A program made the position numbers and the translations under genes. Below the pieces are notes generated by a model that saw only the letters and a program-made list of their open reading frames with translations, ran no database searches and had not been told where the DNA came from. A DNA stretch of 64,000 bases from Lama guanicoe (lineage: Eukaryota), in assembly GCA_013239625.1 (NCBI GenBank), contig MU053594.1, forward strand, positions 1,333,654 through 1,397,653, in the 5' to 3' direction. The first letter of the stretch is position 1; each line of letters starts with the position of its first letter. Shown here piece after piece: positions 24,521 through 36,299 of this stretch.

Positions 24521-25294
24521 TCTCTACTCTGTACCCGAGGGGGAAATAAACACTGACATGATGCGAGGGCAGGGGCTGTGTGCGAAATGGGCCTGAGAAC
24601 GGGTGTCGGTGGGGCATGATGTTACACCATGGGTGGCTGTGAGTGACCTTGTGACAGTCCGAGGGCCCTGGAAGCCACTGAAAAGGGAGAAGAGATGCCA
24701 GCTGAGTGTCGGATATGTTTGTCCGCATTTCTTCCCGGGGCCAAGCCTGGTATCCAGGTGTGTGTAAGGGCCTGGGCACCTGGGTAGCAAAGACATAGAG
24801 ATTAATCAGGTGGTATTTGTTTCGTTTGTTTCATTGGATGTGTATGCAGTGACACTGAGCTTCACCATGCACAGAACTGGATGCCTCGGGTCCTTGGAAG
24901 CCTGTGATCTAGGAGCTGGCTTGGGTCTTCCTTGTGTTGTCTTTCTTCCACCTGGGGAGGCATCAAGCAGCTCCCCGCTGTGGTTAGGAAGGTAGGTACC
25001 CCCAATAATCATAAACTATCCCTCTGACAAGGTGGTTGATTGATCAAGTGTCCCATTTGCCTCAAGGACAAATAGGTGGCCCAGAAGAAACAATACTGGC
25101 CTTTCTCAGGTTCACTCTGCTTATCTGTGCCATGGAGGGGTTTCCTATTTCCCATTGTTTAAACCCTTTTTATGTCCTTCTGTTTCATGCTCAGTTCTCT
25201 CTTTTGGTTTGGTTTTCCTGGGCTGCTCACCATGGAATTGCTGTCCTCCTGATGACAAGGAAGGCGCCCTACAGTGACCTGCTCATTGTTGTGC

Positions 25295-25327
<33 letters not shown>

Positions 25328-25350
25328 GAGAGAGAGAGAAGAGAGAGGGA
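25295..25350. repeat. Compound (TG)n-(GA)n microsatellite
   Basis: TG run at ~25295-25323 followed by a GA-rich run. Confidence 0.93.
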
Positions 25351-26669
25351 GACTGTGTTATTCCTATGCCCTCAGGCTGAAATATGAGAGTTTCCTCTGA
25401 GACCCTTGAAATCCACAAGGTGTCTTCCTATGAGGTTCTTTAGATGTCCAAGATGGAAAGACAATTTCACACACGCACACACACACGCAAACACACTCCA
25501 AAGATTTTGCACAGTAAGTGTGCTAACATCCCAGCAGGACCAGGATTGGGTGTGGCATTGGTTCTAAATTCCCGGCAGCGCTTTCTTTCCCCAGCCTATC
25601 TCTTATGGGGAAGACCTGAATTCTGTTTCCTTGACAACCAGACTCCCTCTCTCCCCATATTTTTTAATGCTGTGGTGATAAGGTGTATTTAAACCCAGCA
25701 GCCATGTTCCCATGGTGATAGAAGACCCCCAGTAAGTTGCCATGGGAACAGGAGATGGTTTTGAAAGAGGATAAAAGTAAGTCGGCTTTGCCAGTGATGA
25801 CAGCAAAGTTAGAAGCAGAGACGCTGAAGAGCATGGCTCAAGAAGCCATCAGGTCATGGGCAATGGGCCGGCTTAGTCTACTGGAGTACAGTGGGGGGTC
25901 GTGGTTGGGGGGAATGTGACACAAAGCTTCCCATTCTGTTTACAAGAAGACTCTGAGCAAAGCAATGTGACTGCTGCAATTTAAAGATGAGATCTCCCGA
26001 TTTGCTCTGATTCGCTGTATTCTCCTTTGTCTCTCTTCTTCTGAAAGGTTTTTAGGAAACAGGAGAACTGGGTGGGGCAACTGAAATGCAAAGACCAGAA
26101 TGACAAAGGCATTTGTACAGCTGCTCCATGACATGGAAAAAACAGCTTCCTCTGAGTTCTGAGATCTGGTACCCCTAGAGCCAAGCAGCGTTATCCTTAT
26201 TTTGTCTTTTCCCTAACATTTTATTATTTCCAAACATACACCAAAGTTGAAAGAATTTTACAGCTGACACAGAAACACCCATCACCTAGGCTGCATCATT
26301 AACCTTTTACTACATTTCTTCTGTCACATATCTATGCATCTGTCCATCACTCTTTCCCTTGACTGATTTCACAGAGCTATTGGGTGAACCAGGATTCAAA
26401 CCAGGTCGGTTCCTTGCCAAAGCCTCCCTCCTTTCCATTATACCACATTTAGAATGTCCAGCCAGTCCAGTTTGCCTGGGACTAAGAGGGCTCCTGGGAC
26501 TTAGAACTTCTGGTTTTAACATCAGTACAGTCCAAGGGAGTTTTATCCTATAATCCCTGCATAGTTTGTTTTGAGGAATTAAAGATGTAGTTAAGGGGGA
26601 AGGGACCCGGGTTAGCAGGCATGCAGCAACTTCACATGCAAACAGCTACTAAACACAGAGACAAAACTG

Positions 26670-27345
26670 TGTGTTGGGGAGCAAATGGAGCTACTGGAAC
26701 TCTTAGGCATTGCTGGTAGGAATGCCAATTGTTACCACACTTTGAAACATGAGGTTTGAAGTATCTACTAAAGATAAACATATATATGTATGTGTATACA
26801 CATACATACATATATCCTATGACTCAGCAATTCCACTCTTAGGTATATTCAAAAGACATAGCATATGTCCACCACTGCCACCAATACAAACAAAACCCCA
26901 ACATGTAAAAGAATGCTCGGAGCAGCTTTATTTGTGTTAGCCCAAACTAAAAACTCAAATATTCATCAACAGGGGAATAGATAAACTCCGTATATTCCTA
27001 TAATGAGCCACAGAGCATTAAAAATAAGAAACCTATGTGATATATACAACAACATGGGTGAATCTTAAAAACATAATGTTGAATGAAAAAAGCCAGGCAC
27101 AAAAGAGTACATACTGATGATTCCATTCATATGCAAGGCAAGAAAGAACAAATCTCACGTACAGTGATCACGGGGTTAGGTCCAGGCAGGGAGAGGGTGT
27201 TGTGGACCAGATGGGGGAGGGCGCTGGGTGGGTGATTACACGGTGTATTCGCAGATCAGCATTTAGTGAGCTGTGCGGGTTAAGATCAGTGCACACCTTA
27301 TTCAGTGTAGATTATACCTTGATTTAAAAGTTAAAAAAAAAAAAG
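26670..27345 (+). mobile_element. Old L1M 3' end (late ORF2 plus 3' UTR with A-tail)
   Basis: CATTGCTGGTAGGAATG, CCTATGACTCAGCAATTCCACTCTTAGGTAT, AAAAAGCCAGGCACAAAAGAGTACATAC, and an A-rich tail at ~27333-27344. Confidence 0.85.
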
Positions 27346-27774
27346 GCAGACGTTAGAACTCCAAAAGCAAAAATAAAAAGTATAGAGAGAAAGCAGTAAA
27401 TGCTGAAGCTGAGAGAGAAAGCTGCAGTGTGACTGCCAGCAAGCCCACAGGGGGCTGGAAAACTCTAGAACACGTTACCAAATTACTCTTCCACTCCGGA
27501 AATTTGATCTGTGAGTCTGTCAGTACCAGGAATTTCACATCACACTACAAAGAGCCAGAGCAAGTGGTTCGCAGTGGGAAGGTGCTATATTTTAAGAGTA
27601 AAAAAGTCATCTTCTGTCCTTAAACAGGAAGAAGCAAAAAGGTTTTCTCTGCTGTCTGAACTGGGGGGTTATTTTGAGAGGAAAAAAAAAAAAGACAGAC
27701 ATTACCTTTGGGGCGGATTCTAGGAAATTAAAATCTGGAAATGAAGGCAAAGCTCTTTCTGTCTTTTCCACTCG

Positions 27775-27853
27775 CAGGAAGGAACCTAGTCTGGGAAATT
27801 TCCGTCCCCTACTGGGGACAGATACGTGTGACCTCAGATCGCAGTCTGAGTCA
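27775..27853. promoter_or_regulatory. Candidate enhancer core: ETS, NF-kB and AP-1 motifs
   Basis: CAGGAAG (~27775), GGGAAATTTCC (27793-27803) and TGAGTCA (27847-27853) within 80 bp of apparently non-repeat DNA. Motif match only. Confidence 0.35.
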
Positions 27854-30800
27854 CCTCCAGCTCCGCGTGTCTGCAGCCAGCCCCGAGGTGGGTGGAGGGC
27901 GGGAATTGCATCTGTGCCTTCTATGTATGCATGCCAAGCTTTCCACTGATTTCCAGGTGCCCTAGAAAGTCAGGGACAGCAGTTTGAAGGCGCACTGCCC
28001 AGAGACTTCTTCCCTGGGCGTCATTCTGCTCCTCAGGAGTGAAGGGACGTCCAGCTCACTCTGATTCTGGGGGCCCCTGGTTCCCGCAGCAACCATCCCC
28101 TCAGACAAAGCCTCTCCTCTCCCACAGAGGGCTGGGGGGGTGGGGGGACAAGGGCAGGAGACAGGTAGCTACTTCCCTGCCCCTGGCCCCTCCATCCCGG
28201 ATACCTTGGCTGCAGCATTGCATCCTGTCTGCACTGATTTTGCTTTGGGGCCTGAGTCTTGCTTCCTGCCTGGGTTCCAAAGCACGTAAGTAGAGGAGTC
28301 CTCGGGAGAGGATCACTAATTGTTAATACCTTTAACATGCCTGCTTCTGACAGTGAGAGCAGGAAAAATATATATTTTCATATTACGTCTCTATCCATCT
28401 ATATATTTTTAACATGCCGTGTGCCGCTTTGTAGAGGATTGTCATTTTAAGTGGTGGTTTGGCCTCACTCCAGGGCTTGATGCACCAGGGTCAGGCGGCC
28501 TCTAAGGCAGCCAGGAGTTTTATGCTGAGCTCTCGGAATGCGCGGGGTTCGCCGCGGGAAATTTCGCCACATTGCCGAGCCGGAGTGAGTGGCTCTCCAC
28601 GCAAAGGGCGTAGCTTTTAAAGAGGGAAAAAAAAAAGTTTTGTCCCCTCCCCCCCCCCCTCTCCTCTGGTAGGGAAGAATAAACCTCCGCCTGACTGAGG
28701 GCTTATTGCAGAAAAGACTCAAGAAACTCTCATGCAAGCACCCCCGACCAAAGATCCCCGGGACACAGTTCATTGGAGTCAGAAGGCGAATGGAAACGCA
28801 GCCCTGAGTGTCTGTGCACCTAGAGGTGAGTTAGGATTGAGGCCAGGTGCTGCTTATGGGCCACTGGGACCTGCAGGTGTGTCGGCCCTACCCAGGTAAC
28901 AACCGCCTGCCCGCCTGCCCGCCTGCCTGTAAGGAGGCAGCTCCGTGACTTCAGTGTGGGAGCATCGGGCATCCTCCCAGGTCCCAAGCTTCTTTCTGGG
29001 GCCAAAGGGAATGATCCAGAAGCAACGAAGAAAGTAGATAAGGGATTGTCCAGACCACAGAGCGTCTGGCCTTCAGACTACAAGCTAAAGAAAGCAGAAA
29101 TATTCCTCTATAAAGGGGCATTAGCAGAACCCCCTCCCTCTTTCTCCTCTCCTGAACTTGGGGGGCCAGGATCCAGATCCAGCTTTTCCAAGCTCCCATC
29201 TCCCTCCTCCCTCTGGGCAGGCCTGAGGCTCCCAGCTCCTGGGCAACTGTTCCTGGCCCCTCGGACCCTCTCCTATGTCACAGTTCCCCTCCCTCCCAGT
29301 GGCTATTTAGAGCCAGGGAGAGAAATGGAAGGAAAAAAAGGTCTTGTTAAATATGTGTATTTCTGCTGTCCTTCTGGTGGGATAATCCCTAGCCGACCAC
29401 AGCTGCAGAAGACCAACTGAGCAAATAACGGGAGGATATAAATATCTAGAATTACTGTATCTTGAATTCCTTTTTCCTGCTGCAGCCCCAAAGAGCCAGA
29501 TTTCATTTCTCGAAGAGACCTGAGAGAGGAACCTTGGGCTCCTGGCAAGGTCGACAGCAGCATTGCCCTGTGGCTGGAGATGAATGTGTGTGTCTTTGCA
29601 CATGTGCCCTTGAGTGTGTATGTGTGTGTGTGGGCGGTCAGGACGAGGAAGCCTGGAGAGCTATGAAGACGAGCTTCACCACTAAAAGTTCTGATTTCTA
29701 CATCCTTGATATAAGATGTTTGTTTACAGGAGAAGGTGGGAAGGGAAATTAAACAATGATTTTCAAATCCCTCGAGAGCCATTATGCAGCAAATGTCATC
29801 CAGCTGTTCTCCACCCCCTGCCCCAGTTTCCCATCTGCTCCTGTTTTAGTCGGGGGCTTCCAGGACAGGACCACTGACTGTCTTTTGGTTGGCAAAGTCC
29901 CAGATAGTTTGACATGTGGGTTCTGTACAGACTGTCCCCTTGGAGATGGATTTGGCAGGACCTGGCTTTTCCAAGTGGACTGGAATCTGAGTCTATACCA
30001 TCTGGGTGGTAGGCCCTGCATAGCGGGTGCCTGGACCCAAGGCCAGTATGAATAGTGCATTGGCCCACTCAGGGCACAGTGCCACGCGGCTTGTGCCAGA
30101 TACCAGAGTCACTCCCTGGGTCCCCTGGGAGCAGTTAAGAAAAGACCAAGACTGGTGATTTGGAAGACTTCCCAGTAGGCATCTGGCCTCTAGCCATGGA
30201 AACCAAATCAAATCTTGGGCTGGAAGAACATGGTGCATGCATATGCAATTCATGCATCCATTCAACTCATATTTACAGACCTCTACAAGGGGCAGAGTGT
30301 CTATCACAACTTGCTGGCTTAGGTTTTATTGTTCCCTATGTTTGCTCTGTAGTCATCCTAACACTGGGTGGCGTAGCCTTAAAAGTTATGAGTACTTTCC
30401 TCTTCTGCTGGATTTGAAAAAAATTCCGCTCCTGCTGCCATTCCTCAGCCCCTGTGACAGACCTCTCCACTCTCAGGTTTGCCTTTAATTTTATTGGGCC
30501 AACCAGTAAGCCAGGCTGAGGGACTTAGAGCCCAAATGGACGTGGCTCAGATTTGAGGTCATGTTTCCCATCCTCCCTGGTTCCAGCACTACCTCTGGCC
30601 AGTGACACACTTGGAAAGCAACCGTTCTGAATTTTGGTACCAGAGCTGGAGGCATTAGATGATCTGCACACTCGGGGACCAAGAGAGATGCTGTGTGTAT
30701 ATTATTCCAATCACCTCTCCCCCATGCCGTTTATTCTGCTTCCCTGGAGAGTTACATTTATTAGTCATCCTGTGTCACCCCGTGCCTAACCTCACAGAGA

Positions 30801-31683
30801 GTGAAGGGCCCTGGCTCCGTTTTACAACCCCTTTTCACCATCCCTGCTCTGTACTTTGGTCACACATCCCGGATGCAGAAGGGGACCAGCTCTTCACCTG
30901 CTTTCATTATTGCTCTCCTCTTTGATTACAGACATTTGTTAACCTAACTTGTTCCCTTCTGAGTTCCCTGAGGTCTGCTTTGCTCATTTCCAAGGTCTAG
31001 CACAGTGCTTTTTAGGTAAGGGGAGTTGAGTACGTATTTTTAAAGGAGTGAAGGAATGAGTGGATGACAAAGGGGTACAAGTGGTACCACCACAACACTT
31101 TTGTTTAAAAGAAGTCAAGAAGCCAGATTTGCAAAAAAATGCTACCTTTCCATTCCCTGAAATGAAAGAGAGTGACTCTCATTTTGTATTCTGAGGCCTT
31201 TCTAAGTAAGGACAGCAGATACATTTGACCCTAATTTGCAAAACTGCTTTAAGCCATTTCTCTATAAATCAGCCTGAATAGAATGCTTCTGTCTACAAAA
31301 CAGAAAGGCAAGTAGATGCCAATGGGCTAACTTCTCCCACACCACCATGGGGACAAGTAACATATAGCCCTGCCAGCGTTACTTAAGCCACTGTCTCTGG
31401 ACCTGATCACATACCCTACTCATTGATCGGAAGTCCAACTCAACCCATCCCAACACACGTGGTGGACTCAGACTGGGTTTCTGAATTCCTACATTTCCGT
31501 TCTTGTTTGGCTCCCCTGTCTTGGCTGTCAGGGACCACGCAACCTCTTGAAGACCCCTAAAGCATGGGAAACATGACATCCCTGGTCTAATGCAAATAGC
31601 CCCAGGCCAGACAGATGTGCCTGTGATATTGTCAAACCCCCTGCCATTTGCTTCTGTCACCTTATTGACTTTCCATTTCTTTT

Positions 31684-32126
31684 TTTTTTCAAATTGAACT
31701 ATAGGTGGTTTACAATCTTATATATTAATTGCAGGTGTATAGTTTAGTGATTCAGTATTTTTATAGATTATACTCTATTACAAGTTATTGTAAGATAATG
31801 GCTACAATTCCCTGTGCTATACAATACATCCTTGTTGCTTATCTATTTTATACATAGTAGTTTTATCTCCTAATTCCCTACCCCTAACTTGCTCCTCCCC
31901 CTTCCCTCTTCCCATTGGTAATCACTAGTTTGTTTCCTTTATCTGTAAGTCTGTTTTTGTTTTGCATATACACTCATTTGTATTATTTTTTAGATTCCAC
32001 ATATAAGTGATGTCTTACAGTATTTGTCTTTCTCTGACTTATTTCACTAAGCACAATATTCTCTAAGTCCATCTACATTGCTACAAATGGCAGAATTTCA
32101 TTCTTTTTTATGGCTGAGTAATATTC

Positions 32127-32162
<36 letters not shown>

Positions 32163-32442
32163 TCCATGTCTTCCTTTTAAATTTTTTTAAAAATTTTTTA
32201 TTGATGTATAGTTGATTTACAATGTTGTGTTAACTTCTGGTGTACAGCATAGTGATTCATTTATACATATATATACACACATATTCTTTTTCATATTCTT
32301 TTTCTTTATAGGATATCACAAGGTATTGAATATAGTTCCCTGTGCTCTACAGTAGAACCTTGTTGTTTCACATCTTCTTTATCCATTCGTCTATTGATGG
32401 GCACTTGGGTTGCTTCCATATCTTGGCTATTGTAAATTGTGC
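31684..32442 (-). mobile_element. 5'-truncated L1 3' end with 18-bp TSD, containing a (TG)n run and a nested second L1 tail
   Basis: TSD TGACTTTCCATTTCTTTT at 31666-31683 and 32443-32460, a poly(T) tail, and antisense L1 3' UTR motifs (TAGATTCCACATATAAGTGA, TTTTTATGGCTGAGTAATATTCC). Confidence 0.92.
32175..32368 (-). mobile_element. Short L1 3' tail nested in the previous L1
   Basis: A second T-tail and TTTTATTGATGTATAGTTGATTTACAATGTTGTG...CCCTGTGCTCTACAGTAG that repeats host 3' UTR motifs; flanked by CATGTCTTC / CACATCTTC. Confidence 0.85.
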
Positions 32443-32509
32443 TGACTTTCCATTTCTTTTATTCTCTGCACACATTTCTCAGCTCCATCTCTGAAAATCA
32501 GGACACTTA

Positions 32510-32720
32510 AAAAAATGCATTGAGTGTTTACTGTGTCCCAGACACTGTGTAGGAGCTTCACACATTACTGACCACAACTTTATGAGATAGGCACAATTAT
32601 GATTTCCACTACTGTGCTGGAATAATAACTTGTTCAAGTCACACAGCTAGTCAGTGTCAGAATCAGAGCTCAAACCCAGGTCCTCCTAACTCTGATGGTT
32701 ATTCTCTTAACCACAGTACT
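32510..32720 (-). mobile_element. MIR SINE
   Basis: TTGAGTGTTTACTGTGTCCCAGACACTGTG...TAACTTGTTCAAGTCACACAGCTAG...CAAACCCAGGTC. Confidence 0.8.
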
Positions 32721-34637
32721 GTTCTCCAACAACCTGCTCTGATCTTGGAGTAACTTGTTCTATTCCTGGAAATTTAGCTCTGGTAGCATCAGCGAACTTG
32801 CCTCATGGGAAGACTAAGAGTTTTCATCACTGCGTCTCTAGTACTAGTGCTCTCCCTATTCCCATCCCCTGAGCCAGGCTTTTCTGGGCATCATGAAACG
32901 CATGATGGATAAACAGCAGTGCTGAGCAGATACATGTTCAGCTCACTGATTGGTTGCTAGTCTTCCACTCCAGGAAGATGGGCCTTCTAGTCCTAGCTCT
33001 GGACCAGTTTTGTATCCTGGAGGGTCGTTCTTGGGGTTCTTTGATTCTCTGCCTTTTATTTGGTGGGCCGTCACCCACCCACCCAATATGCTGCCCCACC
33101 CCCACCACACAGGCACAGCATGCTTCACCCACTCTCCTCTCTGCCTATATCGTGTAAGTTCATAGATGAGAATCTGGGAAAATTAGTCAAGCAACCCCCT
33201 TTGTGGGTCATCTCAATGGTCAGCTCACACTGGAGCCCCTTTGCATGATGTGTTTCAGTAAGCACAGCTAGGAGGGAAACAAAGGATCTTGCCGAGCACG
33301 TTCTTTTTCAGGGTGAATGTGGCCAGGTTAGGCAGAGTACACCTCTCCAGCTCCTTCCTCTCCCAACAGCACAGAACCTCTCAGGAGCCCAGGACCCGGG
33401 CAGCAGCCCTCCCCAGTAGAACGCATGGCCGCATCTCCTCGCACCACCTGACAGGTATCTCCGCACTGGAGGCCGCCTCAGCCTTACCGTCCCGTGGCTC
33501 TGTTTTCCACTAATATGCTCATATTTCATCTGCTTCAGCATTTTGCTTTCCCAAGACTCTGAATCCCTCATACTTGAATATATTTTATGCTGATGAGCAG
33601 TGGTGTTAATCATGCCTCTGGGCCATACCTAAAGGGACATTTTATTTCATTCTTTCTTGGGCCTTTGGCCAAGTTGCATTTTTTCCATCTCTCAGGAATA
33701 GGGTCTCTCCCCGAGGCTGCAGTATGAGTGAGACATGAGGAAGGACTTCCTGATTAATAGCCTTTTGAGACCCTGAAACTAAGCCCCTGAAGGGAATTGC
33801 CTTAAAGAGAGTTTTTTTCCTTTTTTTTTTTTTTTTAAGAATGGAGACACTTCATTGTCATGCAACCAGCTAAATGTTTCATCTTGGAGTCCTGGGGACA
33901 AACCAGATGATGCATGGCTTCTTCTCCAAGGCTGAGTGTGCACACTCAGAATCCCAGTCGGTTTCTGTATGTTCTCAAGGGGGAGACAAAACAATAGGGG
34001 TGAGTGGGGAAGATTTACAACCTGATTGGAATTCATAAGAAGAACTCAAAGTCTGCTGAGCATCCTCTGAAGATTAAGGGTGGAGCCAATTGCCTACAAA
34101 GCTTCCATTGATCCGACCTCTCGGAAGGCTTTCCCGGGAGCCACAATGTTCGCCCACAAGCATTGTTTCCCTCAACTTCAAAGCTGGGATTTCGTTAAAT
34201 TATAAATGCATAAAGCCACAACCTTGTTTTCTTTCAATTTTAGTGCTCACAGAACTAGAAAGGATTGATATGCCAGTAATAGCAGACAAGAGGGAGAAGA
34301 ATTTATGACCCCAGAAGTGCTGAGGCAAAGCAATAGAAAGAAGCATTTAAGTCTTTCTATTAAAGTAACTCATATTAAAAAGTAATAGAAGCCAGGGTGG
34401 CAGGGGCCTTACTTATTTCATCAGTGATGCCAGCAGTCAGCAATTTGTCATGGCTGGAGAACAGGCAGCAACCATCTACCCCATGAATGAGCTAATGCTC
34501 AGTGCAGCCTGTCAACAAAAAGCTGATCGTAATCTGGGAACACAGAAATAGACAAGTTGAAAGACTCGCGTGGAGGAGCGAGGGAGAGACAGCAGCGTCA
34601 CTGTCTGATGCTGTAGAGCAGGAGGAACCTGGACTTC

Positions 34638-34840
34638 TGCCTTAGTCTGTTTGGGCTGCTGTAACAGAGTAGCATGGACTGGGTGGCTTAAACAACCAGC
34701 ACTCATTTCTCCCAGTCCTGGAGGCTGGGAAGTCTAAGATCTCGGTGCTGGCAGATTCCACTCACGATGAGAGCCCTCTCCCTGGCTTGTGGGTGGCCAG
34801 CTTCTCACTGTATCTTCACATGGAGGAGAGAGAGAGAGAG
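34638..34840 (-). mobile_element. MLT1A-like LTR, truncated in a GA-rich tract
   Basis: CTTAGTCTGTTTGGGCTGCTGTAACA...GGTGGCTTAAACAAC...GGAGGCTGGGAAGTCTAAGATC...CTTCACATGGAGGAGAGAG. Confidence 0.85.
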
Positions 34841-34927
34841 AAGATGGGGAGGGGAGAGGGAAGAGGGGACGGAAGGAGAGTAGAGAGGGAGAGAAAGAGG
34901 GAGGGAGGGGGAGGGGGAGGGGGAGGG
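34822..34927 (+). repeat. Polypurine tract ending in a (G3-5A)n G-quadruplex motif
   Basis: Nearly pure A/G; six G-runs of 3-5 separated by single A at 34899-34927. Confidence 0.85.
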
Positions 34928-34929
34928 TA

Positions 34930-35710
34930 GGTGACTGTTGGATGTAGGGAGTGAAGGAGAAGCAGACTCTTGGTGTCTGCTTTGAGTGACTGGTCTTGAC
35001 AACTGAAATAGGGAATGCATGTCAAGGAAGGAAGGAGTAAATGATGACCTTAGGTTTGGACAAGTTAAGTCAAGGTGTCTGATGGACTTCCAGCAGGCAG
35101 TGGTTGTACGTAAAAGTACAGAGACAGAGCCTGGGACGTCATCAAGGTATAGGACTTCATTATCTTTCATTTCTTATGACAGCAGCCTCTTAATTCAACT
35201 CCCTGCTTCCAGGCATGGCCCTTCCAATCCGCCCTGCGTTCTAAAACACGAAATTCATCCTGTCACTGACCTACTTAAGACACCTTACCACCTCCTATTG
35301 CCTTCAAGTTAAAGTTTGAGATATACTAGGACTTTGAAGATCTAACCTCTGGTACACAGCCAAGCCTAAGCTTCCCGCCATCCCCCATTTGCTTCCAGTT
35401 CACTAAACATGAAATACACTTTTCCGCATTTTATCTCTAGTAAACTCCTATTCATTCTTCAAAACTCAACTCAACTGCCGCTCCGTTGGCGAGGCAGGAT
35501 CCCCGTTTCTGCCTCTGTGCTCCGCGGTTAGTTGTTCTGACACCTTACAGCATTTACCACACTGGCTGTATAATGCAGACAAACGTGTTCCATCACACGG
35601 TGAGCTCTTCGTGGAAAACAATTTCACTTTGTTCCTCACCATTTCTCCCCCTGCTCAGCAGAGTGCCTAGTACATCATAGGTTCACCGTTTGTGCTGTTG
35701 GACTGAACGA
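34930..35710. mobile_element. L2 fragments in opposite orientations (minus ~34930-35130, plus ~35150-35710)
   Basis: TTTGGACAAGTTAAGT (antisense L2), then pyrimidine-rich sense L2 ending CAGAGTGCCTAGTACATCATAGG. Confidence 0.6.
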
Positions 35711-36299
35711 GTGAGCCTTAGCCGGGGCTTTGGACCTTGACGCCACAGTTCCCCCTTCATGGTTTCTTTGCCAGAGAAGCAAATGAAAGACTGGTGATAA
35801 AACAATCCCCAAAGATTCCGGGGGAAAGGAGAGGAAAACATTCTGTGTTCTCATTTCTTCTCTTCTCCCTACTTCCTAAATACAGATAAACCTCGAGCTT
35901 CAATCAGACCCCTAAGAATCTCTACTTTTCCTGCTTGCACAGTCAGAGATAAGAAGATGAAGACAATAGGACCAGAGATGTTTCCTTGGACTTCTGTTGG
36001 AATTTCAAGCAACACAGGAAGGCTACTGCTGTACTGTGTAGCTTACTGGGATACAAATAAGTGTGTGTGAACCCCTGAGACTTCTGACTTTGGGGATTTC
36101 TCCTCATAATGCAATTTAAACTGTTTGGAAAGAGCATTTTGTTGTTAAAGGAGGTATCGTTGTAAGCTTGACTCTGTTCTTGTATAACCCTGAGAAAAAT
36201 GTTTGCGTCACTGGGACTAAGTTTCGTATTTGTAAATAGAGAATAGAGGGGTTGGGAATAAATAATCTCTAACATTTATTTCAAATTAAAAAGATTATG

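Noticed and set aside
33312..33454. Candidate exon (TTCTTTTTCAG acceptor, CAG|GTATCT donor)
   Set aside because: Weak donor, no recognisable translation and no partner exons.
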